Below are positions 41,177 through 50,748 of a stretch of DNA of 64,000 nt, piece by piece. Below the pieces are notes generated by a model that worked only from the letters and a program-made list of their open reading frames with translations, was not told where the DNA came from and made no database searches. The stretch comes from Leptospira sp. (GTDB taxonomy: Bacteria > Spirochaetota > Leptospiria > Leptospirales > Leptospiraceae). The position numbers were made by a program, and so were the translations under genes. The stretch spans positions 192,001-256,000 of the forward strand of contig JAWXAQ010000008.1 in assembly GCA_034439575.1 (NCBI GenBank), read 5' to 3'. Every line of letters begins with the position of its first letter. The stretch's first letter is position 1.

Positions 41177-41971
41177 ATGATAAAAATAATTCTTTTGCTG
41201 TTAATGTCATTATCAATTTTTGCTGATGAAAAAAAAGAACTATCAGATTTAGTAAATAAGATAGAGAAATACAATGAAGCATTCATAAGTGGCCCAATGA
41301 TAATAAGCGAGAGCGATGAAGTCGTGCGATCGGTAAACTATTACATAAAGGAAGGAGATTTTAAGGATTTAATAAAGCTTAAGGAGAGGTCTGAAATAAT
41401 CGAAAAATGGGGTGATCGGCGGCGATGGTTCGTGAGCAAATGGCAGGGCAAAGAACCAGCGATCTACGTGTCTGCTGATTATGTTCCTGCATTTTATAAT
41501 AATGCCATTCAAAAAAATCAAAAACCAACTACCGACTTAAAGGATCATTTTGATTTTTACTTCAAAAATTATTGCGAATTTGACGGCAGTATTGACACAC
41601 GTTATGCGCGAATTAAAAAGATGAGACTGACCTATTACGATGCGCCATATACAGCAGTTAACAATATGATGAATTTCAAAGTCGTAAGTAAATTTAAAAA
41701 AATTGCAAGCTATGATATCGACCTCAAAAATGATGATAAGGTCATCAATGCGATGCAATCTTTTTATCCAATCAAACCGACTACTTTATTTGGTAATATT
41801 TTTGCCATTCAATTGAAAGTGTTAGAAGTCTATCCTGGAGAAAAGAATATGCCCCTGTGCACTTCCGATTATTATATGGGACGCAAAGGTTTAGGTAGTT
41901 ACGAACAAATCTTAGGTGAGATTGATGAACTTCCTGAGTTGAAAGGGAAGAGGAATCCATATTGGAAATAG
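41177..41971 (+). CDS. Secreted protein, putative immunity/partner; C-terminal motif like NADase-type glycan-binding domain proteins
   Basis: Starts directly after TAA (TAAATG); signal peptide; LKVLEVYPGEK...LCTSD. Confidence 0.65.
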   Translation: MIKIILLLLMSLSIFADEKKELSDLVNKIEKYNEAFISGPMIISESDEVVRSVNYYIKEGDFKDLIKLKERSEIIEKWGDRRRWFVSKWQGKEPAIYVSADYVPAFYNNAIQKNQKPTTDLKDHFDFYFKNYCEFDGSIDTRYARIKKMRLTYYDAPYTAVNNMMNFKVVSKFKKIASYDIDLKNDDKVINAMQSFYPIKPTTLFGNIFAIQLKVLEVYPGEKNMPLCTSDYYMGRKGLGSYEQILGEIDELPELKGKRNPYWK

Positions 41972-42350
41972 CTGAGCCTCGCAAAAACTACAATCGTGAA
42001 CACTTTGTTCGTTCAGATAGAATTTTTCGCGAGATATGAAATCCTTCTCCAGAAGCAGATACTCATCTGCAAAACTTAGATTAATATTTAATTAAGCAGC
42101 TCACAAGTGTAAGTGAGATAAAGTTCACAGATAACAGGGCGAGAGACAAATTTATAATCTATTTGCAAGTGTTTAACGCAATAAGATAAAACGCCGCCAG
42201 TGATAAATCCGCAACGACATTACGAGCGAGGATAAAAGCAAATTAATGGTTTGACAAGGTGAGTGAGCAATACGAATCAAATATTAGTAAAACATAAAGT
42301 TATAAATAATTTAATCTACTAGCGATTCGTGTAGAAGAAAAGAACGAGTA

Positions 42351-42470
42351 GGGAACAAGGTTGCTCGCACCAGCGATAGCAGCGGAAATCCTTTGCGAAG
42401 CAAAGATTGGAGCGTATAGCGCAGTCGTTTTTCACGATTAAGTCTCTACCAACTAACATATCCAATGTGC
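42351..42470 (+). repeat. Family-A terminal remnant (42351-42364) plus family-B copy 3 (42367-42470)
   Basis: GGGAACAAGGTTGC then GCACCAGCGATAGCAGCGGAAATCCTTTGC-GAA-GCAAAGATTGGAGCGTATAGCG...ATCCAATGTGC. Confidence 0.8.
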
Positions 42471-42494
42471 CCACCTCGCTCTAACCAATCCGCC

Positions 42495-42613
42495 TATTCG
42501 ATCTTTCTTCGGTTGACCAAACTTTGTTTCCATCGGAAGCGTAGCCAAGGATGGCGGAGCGGGGGCATTCGAACACGGATGTGAGAGAGCCCCGAGATGG
42601 GAACGAAGTTTGG
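42495..42613 (-). repeat. Family-A element, copy A4 (42517-42613) with tail
   Basis: Reverse complement closely matches A1, including the GAAAGATCGAATA tail. Confidence 0.9.
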
Positions 42614-42752
42614 TGGGCAAGGGAAGGATATTCGCCTCCCCTTCACTCTGCCATCCTGGCTTCGTTCGCGTAGGCTCGTCGTCGCCTTTTTTGACATCCT
42701 GTCAAAACTTCTCCCTATAGGTCGAAGTCAGGCTCCTCAATTCGAATCCTTC
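42611..42752 (-). repeat. tRNA-Tyr 3'-end-like structured element
   Basis: Minus strand GAAGGATTCGAAT...CGAATATCCTTCCCTTGCCCACCA copies the T-stem and acceptor end of the upstream tRNA-Tyr. Confidence 0.65.
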
Positions 42753-42799
42753 TAGTCTTTGTTAGTTGGAAAGTTTTTTGTGGTTAAGAAGAAATGGTG

Positions 42800-42882
<83 letters not shown>

Positions 42883-42893
42883 GGGAGAAAAAA

Positions 42894-42968
42894 TGGAGCC
42901 GCCTGAGGGATTTGAACCTCCGACCGGCTGTTTACAAAACAGCTGCTCTACCACTGAGCTAAGGCGGC
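42894..42968 (-). tRNA. tRNA-Thr(TGT)
   Basis: GCCGCCT/AGGCGGC acceptor, GCTGT-TTTGTAA-ACAGC anticodon arm, TTCAAAT T-loop, encoded CCA. Confidence 0.96.
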
Positions 42969-43053
42969 GTGCTTTTCCACTTTTGTTTGTAATGGTCTGA
43001 GGTCAAATAAAAATTCACTTTGAGTAGAGAGAGGCCCCTTCCACTGTGACCTT

Positions 43054-43443
43054 GTGGCGTTATTTTTAGTAAATGGGTTAATGACTCTCTCTATTCTTTG
43101 TTTTTATTCAGGTTATTATTTCCGTGTTAAAAATAATTCTCTGCACCGAAGGGTAAATACTCTTGGAATCATTTTTAATCTATCTGCGGCTATCTTTCTG
43201 ATTACCGTAAAATATGCGTTTGGTGGAGTTGAGGCTTTTTCTATATTCCCTTCTTTTGATCGAATCTACATTGATATCCATAGGTTATTTGCACTCATCT
43301 CGCTCGTATTAATGCTAGGAATGGCCTATACGGGTTATACAAAGAAAAAGAGGATTCATTTGAAATTGCATTTTGTTTTTTTGCCACTTTATACAATTGT
43401 GTATATCTCCGGTCTATTTTTATTTCAAACATACCCAAACTAA
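43054..43443 (+). CDS. Small 4-TM membrane protein (DUF420-like)
   Basis: Four hydrophobic segments with His residues (LHRR, IHR, IHLKLH). Confidence 0.65.
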   Translation: MALFLVNGLMTLSILCFYSGYYFRVKNNSLHRRVNTLGIIFNLSAAIFLITVKYAFGGVEAFSIFPSFDRIYIDIHRLFALISLVLMLGMAYTGYTKKKRIHLKLHFVFLPLYTIVYISGLFLFQTYPN

Positions 43444-43452
43444 GGAATCGTT

Positions 43453-44265
43453 ATGAGCGTTATTGAAGAAGCAAAAAAGTTCGCAAAAAATATTCGCATA
43501 CAAGTTATCAAAATGGTAACAGCGGCTAACTCTGGACATCCGGGTGGACCACTTGGACTTGCCGATATTTATGCGGCTCTCTATACAAAAATATTAAAAC
43601 ATGATCCAAAGAACCCAGATTGGGAAGGTCGCGATCGCTTGATTTTATCAAATGGACACGTCTGTGCGGTGCGCTATGCTGCGATGGGACTATCTGGTTA
43701 TTTTCCTGTAGAAGATCTTTTGACATTTCGTAACATAAATTCCTATTTGCAAGGTCATCCTTCAACGCGCTATATGAAAGGCATAGAATCTAGTTCTGGA
43801 TCACTTGGCCAAGGTCTATCTGTTTCCGTAGGACTTGCGTTAGGTGCAAGATTAAAAAACCAAACGCACAAAATTTATACATGTATATCAGATGGTGAAT
43901 GTGGCGAAGGTATGACTTGGGAAGCGGCACAATCTGCAGTTCATTTTAAAGTAGATAATTTAATAGCATTTATGGATAGAAACTTCATTCAAATAGATGG
44001 AAACACAGAAGAAGTGATGAAACTTGAACCTCTTGATCAAAAGTTTAAAATTTTTGGCTGGAATGTGATCAACGCTGACGGACATAATATGGAAGAAATT
44101 TTTTCAGCATTTGAAAAAGCTTCACAACATACAGGAAGCCCTACTTTGATTGTGTTTAAGACAGTTCTTGGTAAAGGTGTGTCATATATGGAAAATAATC
44201 CAAAATGGCATGGAACACCACCAAACAAAGAACAGGAAGCCTTAGCACTCGCAGAATTATCTTAA
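43453..44265 (+). CDS. tktA: Transketolase, N-terminal (ThDP-binding) subunit
   Basis: [35 protein letters not shown]. Confidence 0.93.
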   Translation: MSVIEEAKKFAKNIRIQVIKMVTAANSGHPGGPLGLADIYAALYTKILKHDPKNPDWEGRDRLILSNGHVCAVRYAAMGLSGYFPVEDLLTFRNINSYLQGHPSTRYMKGIESSSGSLGQGLSVSVGLALGARLKNQTHKIYTCISDGECGEGMTWEAAQSAVHFKVDNLIAFMDRNFIQIDGNTEEVMKLEPLDQKFKIFGWNVINADGHNMEEIFSAFEKASQHTGSPTLIVFKTVLGKGVSYMENNPKWHGTPPNKEQEALALAELS

Positions 44266-44314
44266 ATTAGAATTCTTCGATTGACATTCAAAATAGTTTT
44301 TAAAATATTCTTGC

Positions 44315-45208
44315 ATGGCATTTGGATCGTATCCCAACTTTTCATCGGAAGACATAACTAGATTATTATATGATTGGGAAATTGCACCACCAGAGAAGAA
44401 GCGATTCTTATTAAAACTTATCGCTTCACGTATCCCTTGGCAATTATCGATTGAACAAGCTACCGAAGAAGTAAAAGATCCTTTGTTACGTGTGATGGCA
44501 AGGAACGTTTCACCTGAAATTTTTCGCCATCGCATTCGCCATAGTTTTTTTAAACTTACCTTGCGCGGAAATTCAGGACATTACAAAGATTTAGAAGAGT
44601 CTGTTGTTCAATTATCAAGCATTGGTTTTCCTGATCAAAAATATTCTGAGATTAAAAAAGAGTTAGATCGTTTAGCACTGCGTGTCTCTGAATTGTTTGA
44701 TGAACATGAAGGCCATCTTTCCGAAGAAATGAAGGTTCAAATATTATGCCAAGTCCTTTACCAAGAAGAAGGTTTTGTCGGCAACTTACAAAACTATAAC
44801 GATCCTTCAAATTCGTATCTATACCATGTATTAAAAAGTAGGCTAGGCATTCCGATTTCACTTTCCGTAGTGTATTTGTTAGTTGCTCAAAGATTGGGCT
44901 TACCATTGTACGGAACAAATTTGCCATTACACTTTTTATTGCAATACGAATCAGACACATACTTCACTTATATAGATCCCTTTCATGGCGGAGTGTTGTT
45001 GGATAGGTTCACTTGTGAAAAATTTTTGGAAGCGAATGGGTATCCCATTTCTCCTAAATATTTTACAAAGGCATCCACACTTTCTATGATCAAAAGAATG
45101 TGCCGTAATTTAATCCATATTTACCGAGAGAAGTCTTCCAAAGAATTGGAAGCCCAAATCAGTGAACAACTATCTATCTTAGAGAGTCGATCCACGCACG
45201 CCGAGTAA
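44315..45208 (+). CDS. SirB1/transglutaminase-like domain protein
   Basis: YNDPSNSYLYHVL..RLGIPISLS, NLPLHFLL, YIDPFHGG. Confidence 0.85.
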   Translation: MAFGSYPNFSSEDITRLLYDWEIAPPEKKRFLLKLIASRIPWQLSIEQATEEVKDPLLRVMARNVSPEIFRHRIRHSFFKLTLRGNSGHYKDLEESVVQLSSIGFPDQKYSEIKKELDRLALRVSELFDEHEGHLSEEMKVQILCQVLYQEEGFVGNLQNYNDPSNSYLYHVLKSRLGIPISLSVVYLLVAQRLGLPLYGTNLPLHFLLQYESDTYFTYIDPFHGGVLLDRFTCEKFLEANGYPISPKYFTKASTLSMIKRMCRNLIHIYREKSSKELEAQISEQLSILESRSTHAE

Positions 45209-45210
45209 AC

Positions 45211-46164
45211 ATGCCCTCAAATCTTTCCCTTTCCAAAATACAGCGAAATTTTGATTCAAAATTAGACAAAATTATTGGAGAGGATCTCAAAATTCTCAAG
45301 ATCATCAAAAGATTTGTGATTGAGTCTGGAGGCAAACGCATTCGCCCGATGACTCATTATTTATTTTGTCAGATGTTAGGTTATAAGGGAAATTTATGGC
45401 AAGAGGTGGGAGCCGTATCTGAACTGATTCATTCGGCTTCTTTGTTACACGATGATGTGGTCGACAATGCGAGTCTCAGACGTGGTAAACCAACTGTTGG
45501 CTACCAATTCGGAAATAAAACGGCAATCCTTTCTGGTGATTTTCTTTTGGCATGTGGCATTGAAAGGTTGAATTCCTTAAATCAACCAAATATCATGCAT
45601 ATTTTTTCCAGGGTTCTTCGCGATTTAAGTGTGAGTGAACTTTTACAAATGGAATGGGAAAAGAACCCAAAAATCACATTAAAAATTTATGATTCTATCA
45701 TATACGGAAAAACAGCTTCTCTTTTCGGAGCTTGCACAGAAAGTGCAGGATTACTTTCAGGTTTGGATCCAAAACAATGTAAGGCACTATCTGAATTTGG
45801 TGTTAGGTTAGGAAAACTTTTTCAGAAGAAAGATGATTGTTTAGATTATTTTTATACAAGCAATGAAAGTGGAAAAGAATTTCTGAAAGATTTTAAAAAT
45901 GGTCTTTATACCTATCCGATTCTGATACTTAAAGAAAAGGTCGGATCAAAGGTTAAAAAAGAAATCGACATATTGGTTTCAAAAGATACAAAATCCGAAA
46001 AAGACTGTGAAGCTATCATTTCACTTCTTAATGCATTTGGAATCGAAGAAATTTTAACTGAAGAATTTAAAAAGGAAAATGTATACTTCCAAAAAGTATT
46101 AAGTCAATTTGAAGATTCCGAATATAAAAATCTATTTAAATCTCAATTAGAAAAGTTAATATAA
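45211..46164 (+). CDS. Polyprenyl diphosphate synthase (IspB/HepT-like)
   Basis: GGKRIRP, LLHDDVVD...RRG, KTASLF, FQKKDDCLD. Confidence 0.92.
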   Translation: MPSNLSLSKIQRNFDSKLDKIIGEDLKILKIIKRFVIESGGKRIRPMTHYLFCQMLGYKGNLWQEVGAVSELIHSASLLHDDVVDNASLRRGKPTVGYQFGNKTAILSGDFLLACGIERLNSLNQPNIMHIFSRVLRDLSVSELLQMEWEKNPKITLKIYDSIIYGKTASLFGACTESAGLLSGLDPKQCKALSEFGVRLGKLFQKKDDCLDYFYTSNESGKEFLKDFKNGLYTYPILILKEKVGSKVKKEIDILVSKDTKSEKDCEAIISLLNAFGIEEILTEEFKKENVYFQKVLSQFEDSEYKNLFKSQLEKLI

Positions 46165-46215
46165 TTCAATTAATGTGTATTTGATTTTTGTTTTTATCTA
46201 AATCATCTGACTAAA

Positions 46216-47460
46216 CTAAGTTAGGTGGTCTAAAAATTTCAATACTGGCAAACAAATGATAAATTCTGTTTTTCCAGCTTCAGATTCTACTTTTATTTCT
46301 CCTTTATGTTTTTGAATGATAGATTTCGTTAGATCCAAACCCATTCCCGATCCTTCACCTAAACTTTTTGTCGTAAATTCTGGATCAAAGATTCTTTTTT
46401 GAATTTCATTGGGAATGCCTGGTCCATTATCTATCAATCGAATCTCGATTGAGTGCGCCTCTTTTCTTTGGATATTAATTATGATATTCCCTTTGAAATT
46501 CATAGCTTGCAATGCATTTAACAATATGTTTGTCCAAACTTGGTAAAGTTCTTCAGGCGAACCGAATAACAAGGCATCACTGAGATACGTTTTTTTTAAA
46601 GATACTTTGCCTTTCATTTGGTATTGATAAATCATAAGTACAGTTTCAATGTTCTCGATAAGTTTGAATTGGATTTCTTCTCTATCTTTGTCAGTGCTCC
46701 GAGAAAATTTTTTCAAAGCATGTAACATACTTGCGGCTCTATCAACAGCAATGCGTATGATGGAGAGGTGTTGTCCTAAGTTTCGTAGTGAAAGTATATA
46801 ATCTTTTATATGTGGGTTTTTGTGGGAGAGTATAGAGAGATCGTTTTTATCTAAATTTTGTAATCCCACATCCATTAATTTTTCTAATTCTTCATCATCA
46901 CATTCATAAGAATTTTCATTTAAAAAGGTTTTTAATCTTTTTTTGTTTTCTTTTCTTTCCGTATAACTAGAAACAGTTGAGAATTCATTGGATTTTGAAA
47001 TAGTATGAATCAATTGTTTCATTTCTGATTGATTTAGAGATTGAAATATGGATTTTGATTTTTCCATTTCGCTTATTTCTTTTTCAGAAATTTCGCTGAT
47101 TGTATCACTCGATGCTTTGATCGCACTGATCGGATTATTCAATTCATGAGCAATGCCAGCAAATAATTTTCCTATGCCGGCCATCTTTTTTGAATAAATT
47201 AGCGCGGATTTAATTTCACGAATCTGTAACAACGAATTGTCGAGTTCTTCGTTGGTTTTTTTAAGTTCGTTACTCTGTTGTAGATTGTTTTCTTCTAATT
47301 CTTTGATTTGTTTCAGAAGGAACTTTTCCTTCTCATTATTTTTTTTTAAAAAGTAAATTCTTAAAAAAATAAAAATGAATGTCGAAACTAAACTAACTGA
47401 AAGAATAAATAAAAGTAAAAATTTTAAATTAAGTTCACTGAGGCACAATATTTGGGGCAT
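46216..47460 (-). CDS. Sensor histidine kinase (single TM, no obvious sensor domain)
   Basis: AHELNNP H-box, NILLNA, DNGPG, FTTK..GEGSGMGL; start uncertain. Confidence 0.9.
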   Translation of the reverse strand: MPQILCLSELNLKFLLLFILSVSLVSTFIFIFLRIYFLKKNNEKEKFLLKQIKELEENNLQQSNELKKTNEELDNSLLQIREIKSALIYSKKMAGIGKLFAGIAHELNNPISAIKASSDTISEISEKEISEMEKSKSIFQSLNQSEMKQLIHTISKSNEFSTVSSYTERKENKKRLKTFLNENSYECDDEELEKLMDVGLQNLDKNDLSILSHKNPHIKDYILSLRNLGQHLSIIRIAVDRAASMLHALKKFSRSTDKDREEIQFKLIENIETVLMIYQYQMKGKVSLKKTYLSDALLFGSPEELYQVWTNILLNALQAMNFKGNIIINIQRKEAHSIEIRLIDNGPGIPNEIQKRIFDPEFTTKSLGEGSGMGLDLTKSIIQKHKGEIKVESEAGKTEFIICLPVLKFLDHLT

Positions 47461-48151
47461 TACAATTCAAAGTTCCCTTGATATTTACAGCCGCCGAACC
47501 AGTGGACGTTGAAGACTGGATCAAACAAGTTTTGTTATCCGAAGTAAAACATTGAGTAGCTGAAGCTCCAGATGTACAGTTCACACCATCCAATGTGTTA
47601 CATGAATTTAAATTAGTAGATGAGGCACCCGAAGTATAAGTACCTAACAAGTTTACTTCGATATTAAAAAATGACAATGTTTGTTGGCCTGTGACACCTT
47701 GGTCTACGTTGACTCCCTGGTTAAACCATTTGACAGTTCCTTGTGAACCACTCACTGTATTTGCGAATGAGCCCCCAGAAAGTATAAATCCTTGTTGAGG
47801 ATCTATACGTCCTTGGGTTTGCGTCACATCATAAATAAAACGAATGTTTAATGTTTCTTTGGTCTTCATCACCATTTGAGAAAAGATCGAGAAACGAGTG
47901 TTTGTGCCGGAAGTTGTGCCAGTTGCCGGCGCTGGTGTAGTTTGGCCTGGTGTCGTAGTTGTTGATGCAGTGGCAGGGCTTGCCGTTCCGCAACTTGTTG
48001 TTACTGTGGAGTCAATCTCACCCAAAAAGAAAAGAGCAGGTTCATTATTTAAGGTACCAAGAATGGTTAAGTCTGCTTTATTTTGATTTTTCTTAGAGCA
48101 AACAGGTAAAAAAAGTATTATAACAAAAAATAGAAGGTATCGTAGAACCAT
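47435..48151 (-). CDS. Thr/Ser/Cys-rich lipoprotein (possibly LIC10920-like)
   Basis: Lipobox LPVC; Thr-Pro linker; Cys cluster in the C-terminal part; family name from memory only. Confidence 0.65.
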   Translation of the reverse strand: MVLRYLLFFVIILFLPVCSKKNQNKADLTILGTLNNEPALFFLGEIDSTVTTSCGTASPATASTTTTPGQTTPAPATGTTSGTNTRFSIFSQMVMKTKETLNIRFIYDVTQTQGRIDPQQGFILSGGSFANTVSGSQGTVKWFNQGVNVDQGVTGQQTLSFFNIEVNLLGTYTSGASSTNLNSCNTLDGVNCTSGASATQCFTSDNKTCLIQSSTSTGSAAVNIKGTLNCNAPNIVPQ

Positions 48152-48168
48152 ACTCTACTTAAGATACT

Positions 48169-50082
48169 ATGATATTTCGATCGGTCAAGACCATTCCAAG
48201 GCATAGAAATGATTTTTCCTTGGTAAAAATTGGGAACCTTTTGAGACTGGGATTGGTGTTTTATTTTTCCAAGTTCAGATCCTATCTCAGTGTCCAAGGA
48301 CCCAGATCCATTTATGTCTACTCCCTCCTAATAGGCCTTTTATCAGGCTTTGGTGCCTATGGATTTAATTTTTTACTTTCTTTTGCGGAAAGCATCACCT
48401 TCTCTACGTTAGTTGGCTATGATCCAGGTGTGCCAGCCGGAGATGAATTTTTTACATTTAATTTTTCTACTAGAACGATCAGTTATTTTTGGATTTTTTT
48501 TCTGCCCGTTCTAGGTGGTCTTTTTTCCGGGATTGTCGTTTATAAATTTTGCCCTGAGGCAGCTGGTGGTGGAACCGATGCTTTGATCAAAGCCTTTCAC
48601 TTTAACGAAGGTAAGATCCCAAAAGAACTCCCTTTTTATAAAGCCATCGCTACAATTATAACACTCGGAAGTGGGGGTTCTGGGGGAAAAGAAGGGCCAA
48701 CCGCACATATCGGTGCTGGATTTGGTTCCATGTTAGGTTCTATGTTAGGTGTTGGGGCAAGGGCAAGACGAACTTTGATGCTTGCAGGGACTGCTGGGGG
48801 ACTAGGAGCCATTTTTCGAGCCCCCCTTGGTGGCGCTTTGACGGCTGTTGAAATGGTGTACAAAGAGGACATTGAAAGTGATTCTCTTGTGCCTTGTATT
48901 TTATCTTCTGTTTCTGCTTACTTGACTTTTTCAAGTTTAGCAGGAAGTGGATCAGTTTTTGATGTCGCCGAATATAGTTTAAATGATTACAGGCATATTC
49001 CATTCTATATCATACTTGGATTGTTGTGTTTTGTAGTGGGATATTTATTTGTAAGCACGTATCATTTTATTAAAGAATTATTTTCTAATTTAAAAATTCC
49101 AAACTATCTCAAACCGGCGATAGGTGGAGTAGTTGTGGGAATCGTAGCATTGTTTTTTCCAGAAGTTTTTGGTTCGGGATTTGGACTTTTGCAAAAAATA
49201 GTAAATGGTGAAAAAATTCAATCATACCACTTTAATTTAAATGGCCCCTTGTTTTTTCTATCTATCGCTTTATTTAAAATAGTTTCCACTTCTTTTACGG
49301 TAGGCTCTGGCAGTTCGGCAGGTTTACTCGGGCCTTCTTTTTTTATCGGTGGAATGTTAGGCGGCTTTGTTGGCTCTTTGGCTCAAATTTTGTTCCCCGA
49401 ACTAAATGTAATGATTTTCCCATTTATGTTAGTTGGTATGGGATCATTTTTTGCGGGCGTGGCTAGAGCGCCTATCGCTGGTATGATTATGGTTTGTGAT
49501 ATGATCGGTAGTTATGAATTATTACCACCACTTATGATTGTCGCTGTCATTGCTGCAATTTTATCAAATCGAATTTCAATATATAAACATCAAGTTTTGA
49601 ATCGTTTCCAATCACCATCACATCATTGGGATATGAACCAAGATATTATGGATCGGATTACTATATCGAAACATTTTAAAGAATTCCGAAAATTTGCCAT
49701 TGTAAATGAAGGAACTTTACTTACTGAACTGCAGTCAAAGGCTCCTGGCATCCAAGCAAGTGATTTTGTTATGATTCAGTCTGACAATCGTTACAAGGGA
49801 ATTGTTTCATTGCGAAAAAATCGCATTTTGCCAGAATACGAAGAACATTTAGCTAAACTTATTACTTGTGATGAAATTTGTGAAGAAGTACCTGCAGTGA
49901 TGCCAGAAGATACTCTCGGAAAAGGGCTTCGTTTGATGTTACAGTATGATGTAGACAAATTGGCCGTCATAGGCCCTGACAAAGATTGTTTAGGGTATCT
50001 TCGTTACATCGATTTTTTCAATGCTTACCAATCTGAAATAAAATTATATTCTAGAAAAAGTAACGAAGGTGAGAACGACTAA
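48169..50082 (+). CDS. ClC chloride channel/H+ antiporter with CBS domains
   Basis: GGGT, GKEGP, FRAPLGG and RAPIA motifs; C-terminal CBS; start may be downstream. Confidence 0.92.
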   Translation: MIFRSVKTIPRHRNDFSLVKIGNLLRLGLVFYFSKFRSYLSVQGPRSIYVYSLLIGLLSGFGAYGFNFLLSFAESITFSTLVGYDPGVPAGDEFFTFNFSTRTISYFWIFFLPVLGGLFSGIVVYKFCPEAAGGGTDALIKAFHFNEGKIPKELPFYKAIATIITLGSGGSGGKEGPTAHIGAGFGSMLGSMLGVGARARRTLMLAGTAGGLGAIFRAPLGGALTAVEMVYKEDIESDSLVPCILSSVSAYLTFSSLAGSGSVFDVAEYSLNDYRHIPFYIILGLLCFVVGYLFVSTYHFIKELFSNLKIPNYLKPAIGGVVVGIVALFFPEVFGSGFGLLQKIVNGEKIQSYHFNLNGPLFFLSIALFKIVSTSFTVGSGSSAGLLGPSFFIGGMLGGFVGSLAQILFPELNVMIFPFMLVGMGSFFAGVARAPIAGMIMVCDMIGSYELLPPLMIVAVIAAILSNRISIYKHQVLNRFQSPSHHWDMNQDIMDRITISKHFKEFRKFAIVNEGTLLTELQSKAPGIQASDFVMIQSDNRYKGIVSLRKNRILPEYEEHLAKLITCDEICEEVPAVMPEDTLGKGLRLMLQYDVDKLAVIGPDKDCLGYLRYIDFFNAYQSEIKLYSRKSNEGEND

Positions 50083-50116
50083 AAAAAGCCCAAGGGAATT
50101 CTCCCATGAGCTTTTT
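50083..50116. terminator. Probable bidirectional intrinsic terminator
   Basis: A-run, GCCCAAGGGA/TCCCATGAGC imperfect stem, T-run; between convergent genes. Confidence 0.6.
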
Positions 50117-50137
50117 AAAAATCCAAAGATAGAAAAA

Positions 50138-50662
50138 CTATTTTACGAGAACTGGTTTTTCAGAGGCAAAAACGGTTCGATCCAGATAGATCATGGAACC
50201 AAAGAGAACACCTGTGTAAAGTAGATCAGAAGCTAGAGAATTTTGGAAAAACGGGATCGCTTGTGTAAAACAAAAAACTAAACCTTGAAAGTCCAGGCTA
50301 TACATACCTGAGGTCAACCAAACAGCAAAGTTTGTAATGATAAAAAAGAAAACTGAACTAGCGAGTGTTAAAGTAAAAGTGCGTCCAATTTTTGGTGAAC
50401 TAGAAAGTTTCGCACCGAGAAATACGAAGAGAGCCATGCTCAAATAAATCACAGGCATTAGCGCATGAAAACCGATTACCAAATCGGAAAGTAACATCGC
50501 AACCAAAGGGACGGCGTATGCGAATTTTTTATCCAAGAGATAAGCTCCCGAAAAGAGAGACACAGCAAGGATAGGATTGAAATTTGGTGGATGAGGAAGA
50601 ATTCGGCTCGCGACAGCGACTAAAACCATCAGAATTGCGGTAAGGATACGAGATTGGGACAT
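50138..50662 (-). CDS. DUF6580 family putative transporter (ECF S-component-like)
   Basis: SRILPHPPNFNP, FFIITNFAVW, AIPFF. Confidence 0.8.
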   Translation of the reverse strand: MSQSRILTAILMVLVAVASRILPHPPNFNPILAVSLFSGAYLLDKKFAYAVPLVAMLLSDLVIGFHALMPVIYLSMALFVFLGAKLSSSPKIGRTFTLTLASSVFFFIITNFAVWLTSGMYSLDFQGLVFCFTQAIPFFQNSLASDLLYTGVLFGSMIYLDRTVFASEKPVLVK

Positions 50663-50748
50663 AGGATTAGAATTTTAGCCAGTGAGTTTTACGACAAGAT
50701 AAAAATTCGGTTTGCGAGGCTGGACCTAGACTAAATCTTCACAAGTAC

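Noticed and set aside
44281-44310. TTGACA promoter upstream of the SirB1-like gene
   Set aside because: The best -10 (TAAAAT) is only 14 bp away; spacing is not convincing
50663-50748. Cobalamin riboswitch upstream of the DUF6580 transporter
   Set aside because: The intergenic region is only about 85 bp and no B12-box motif is visible
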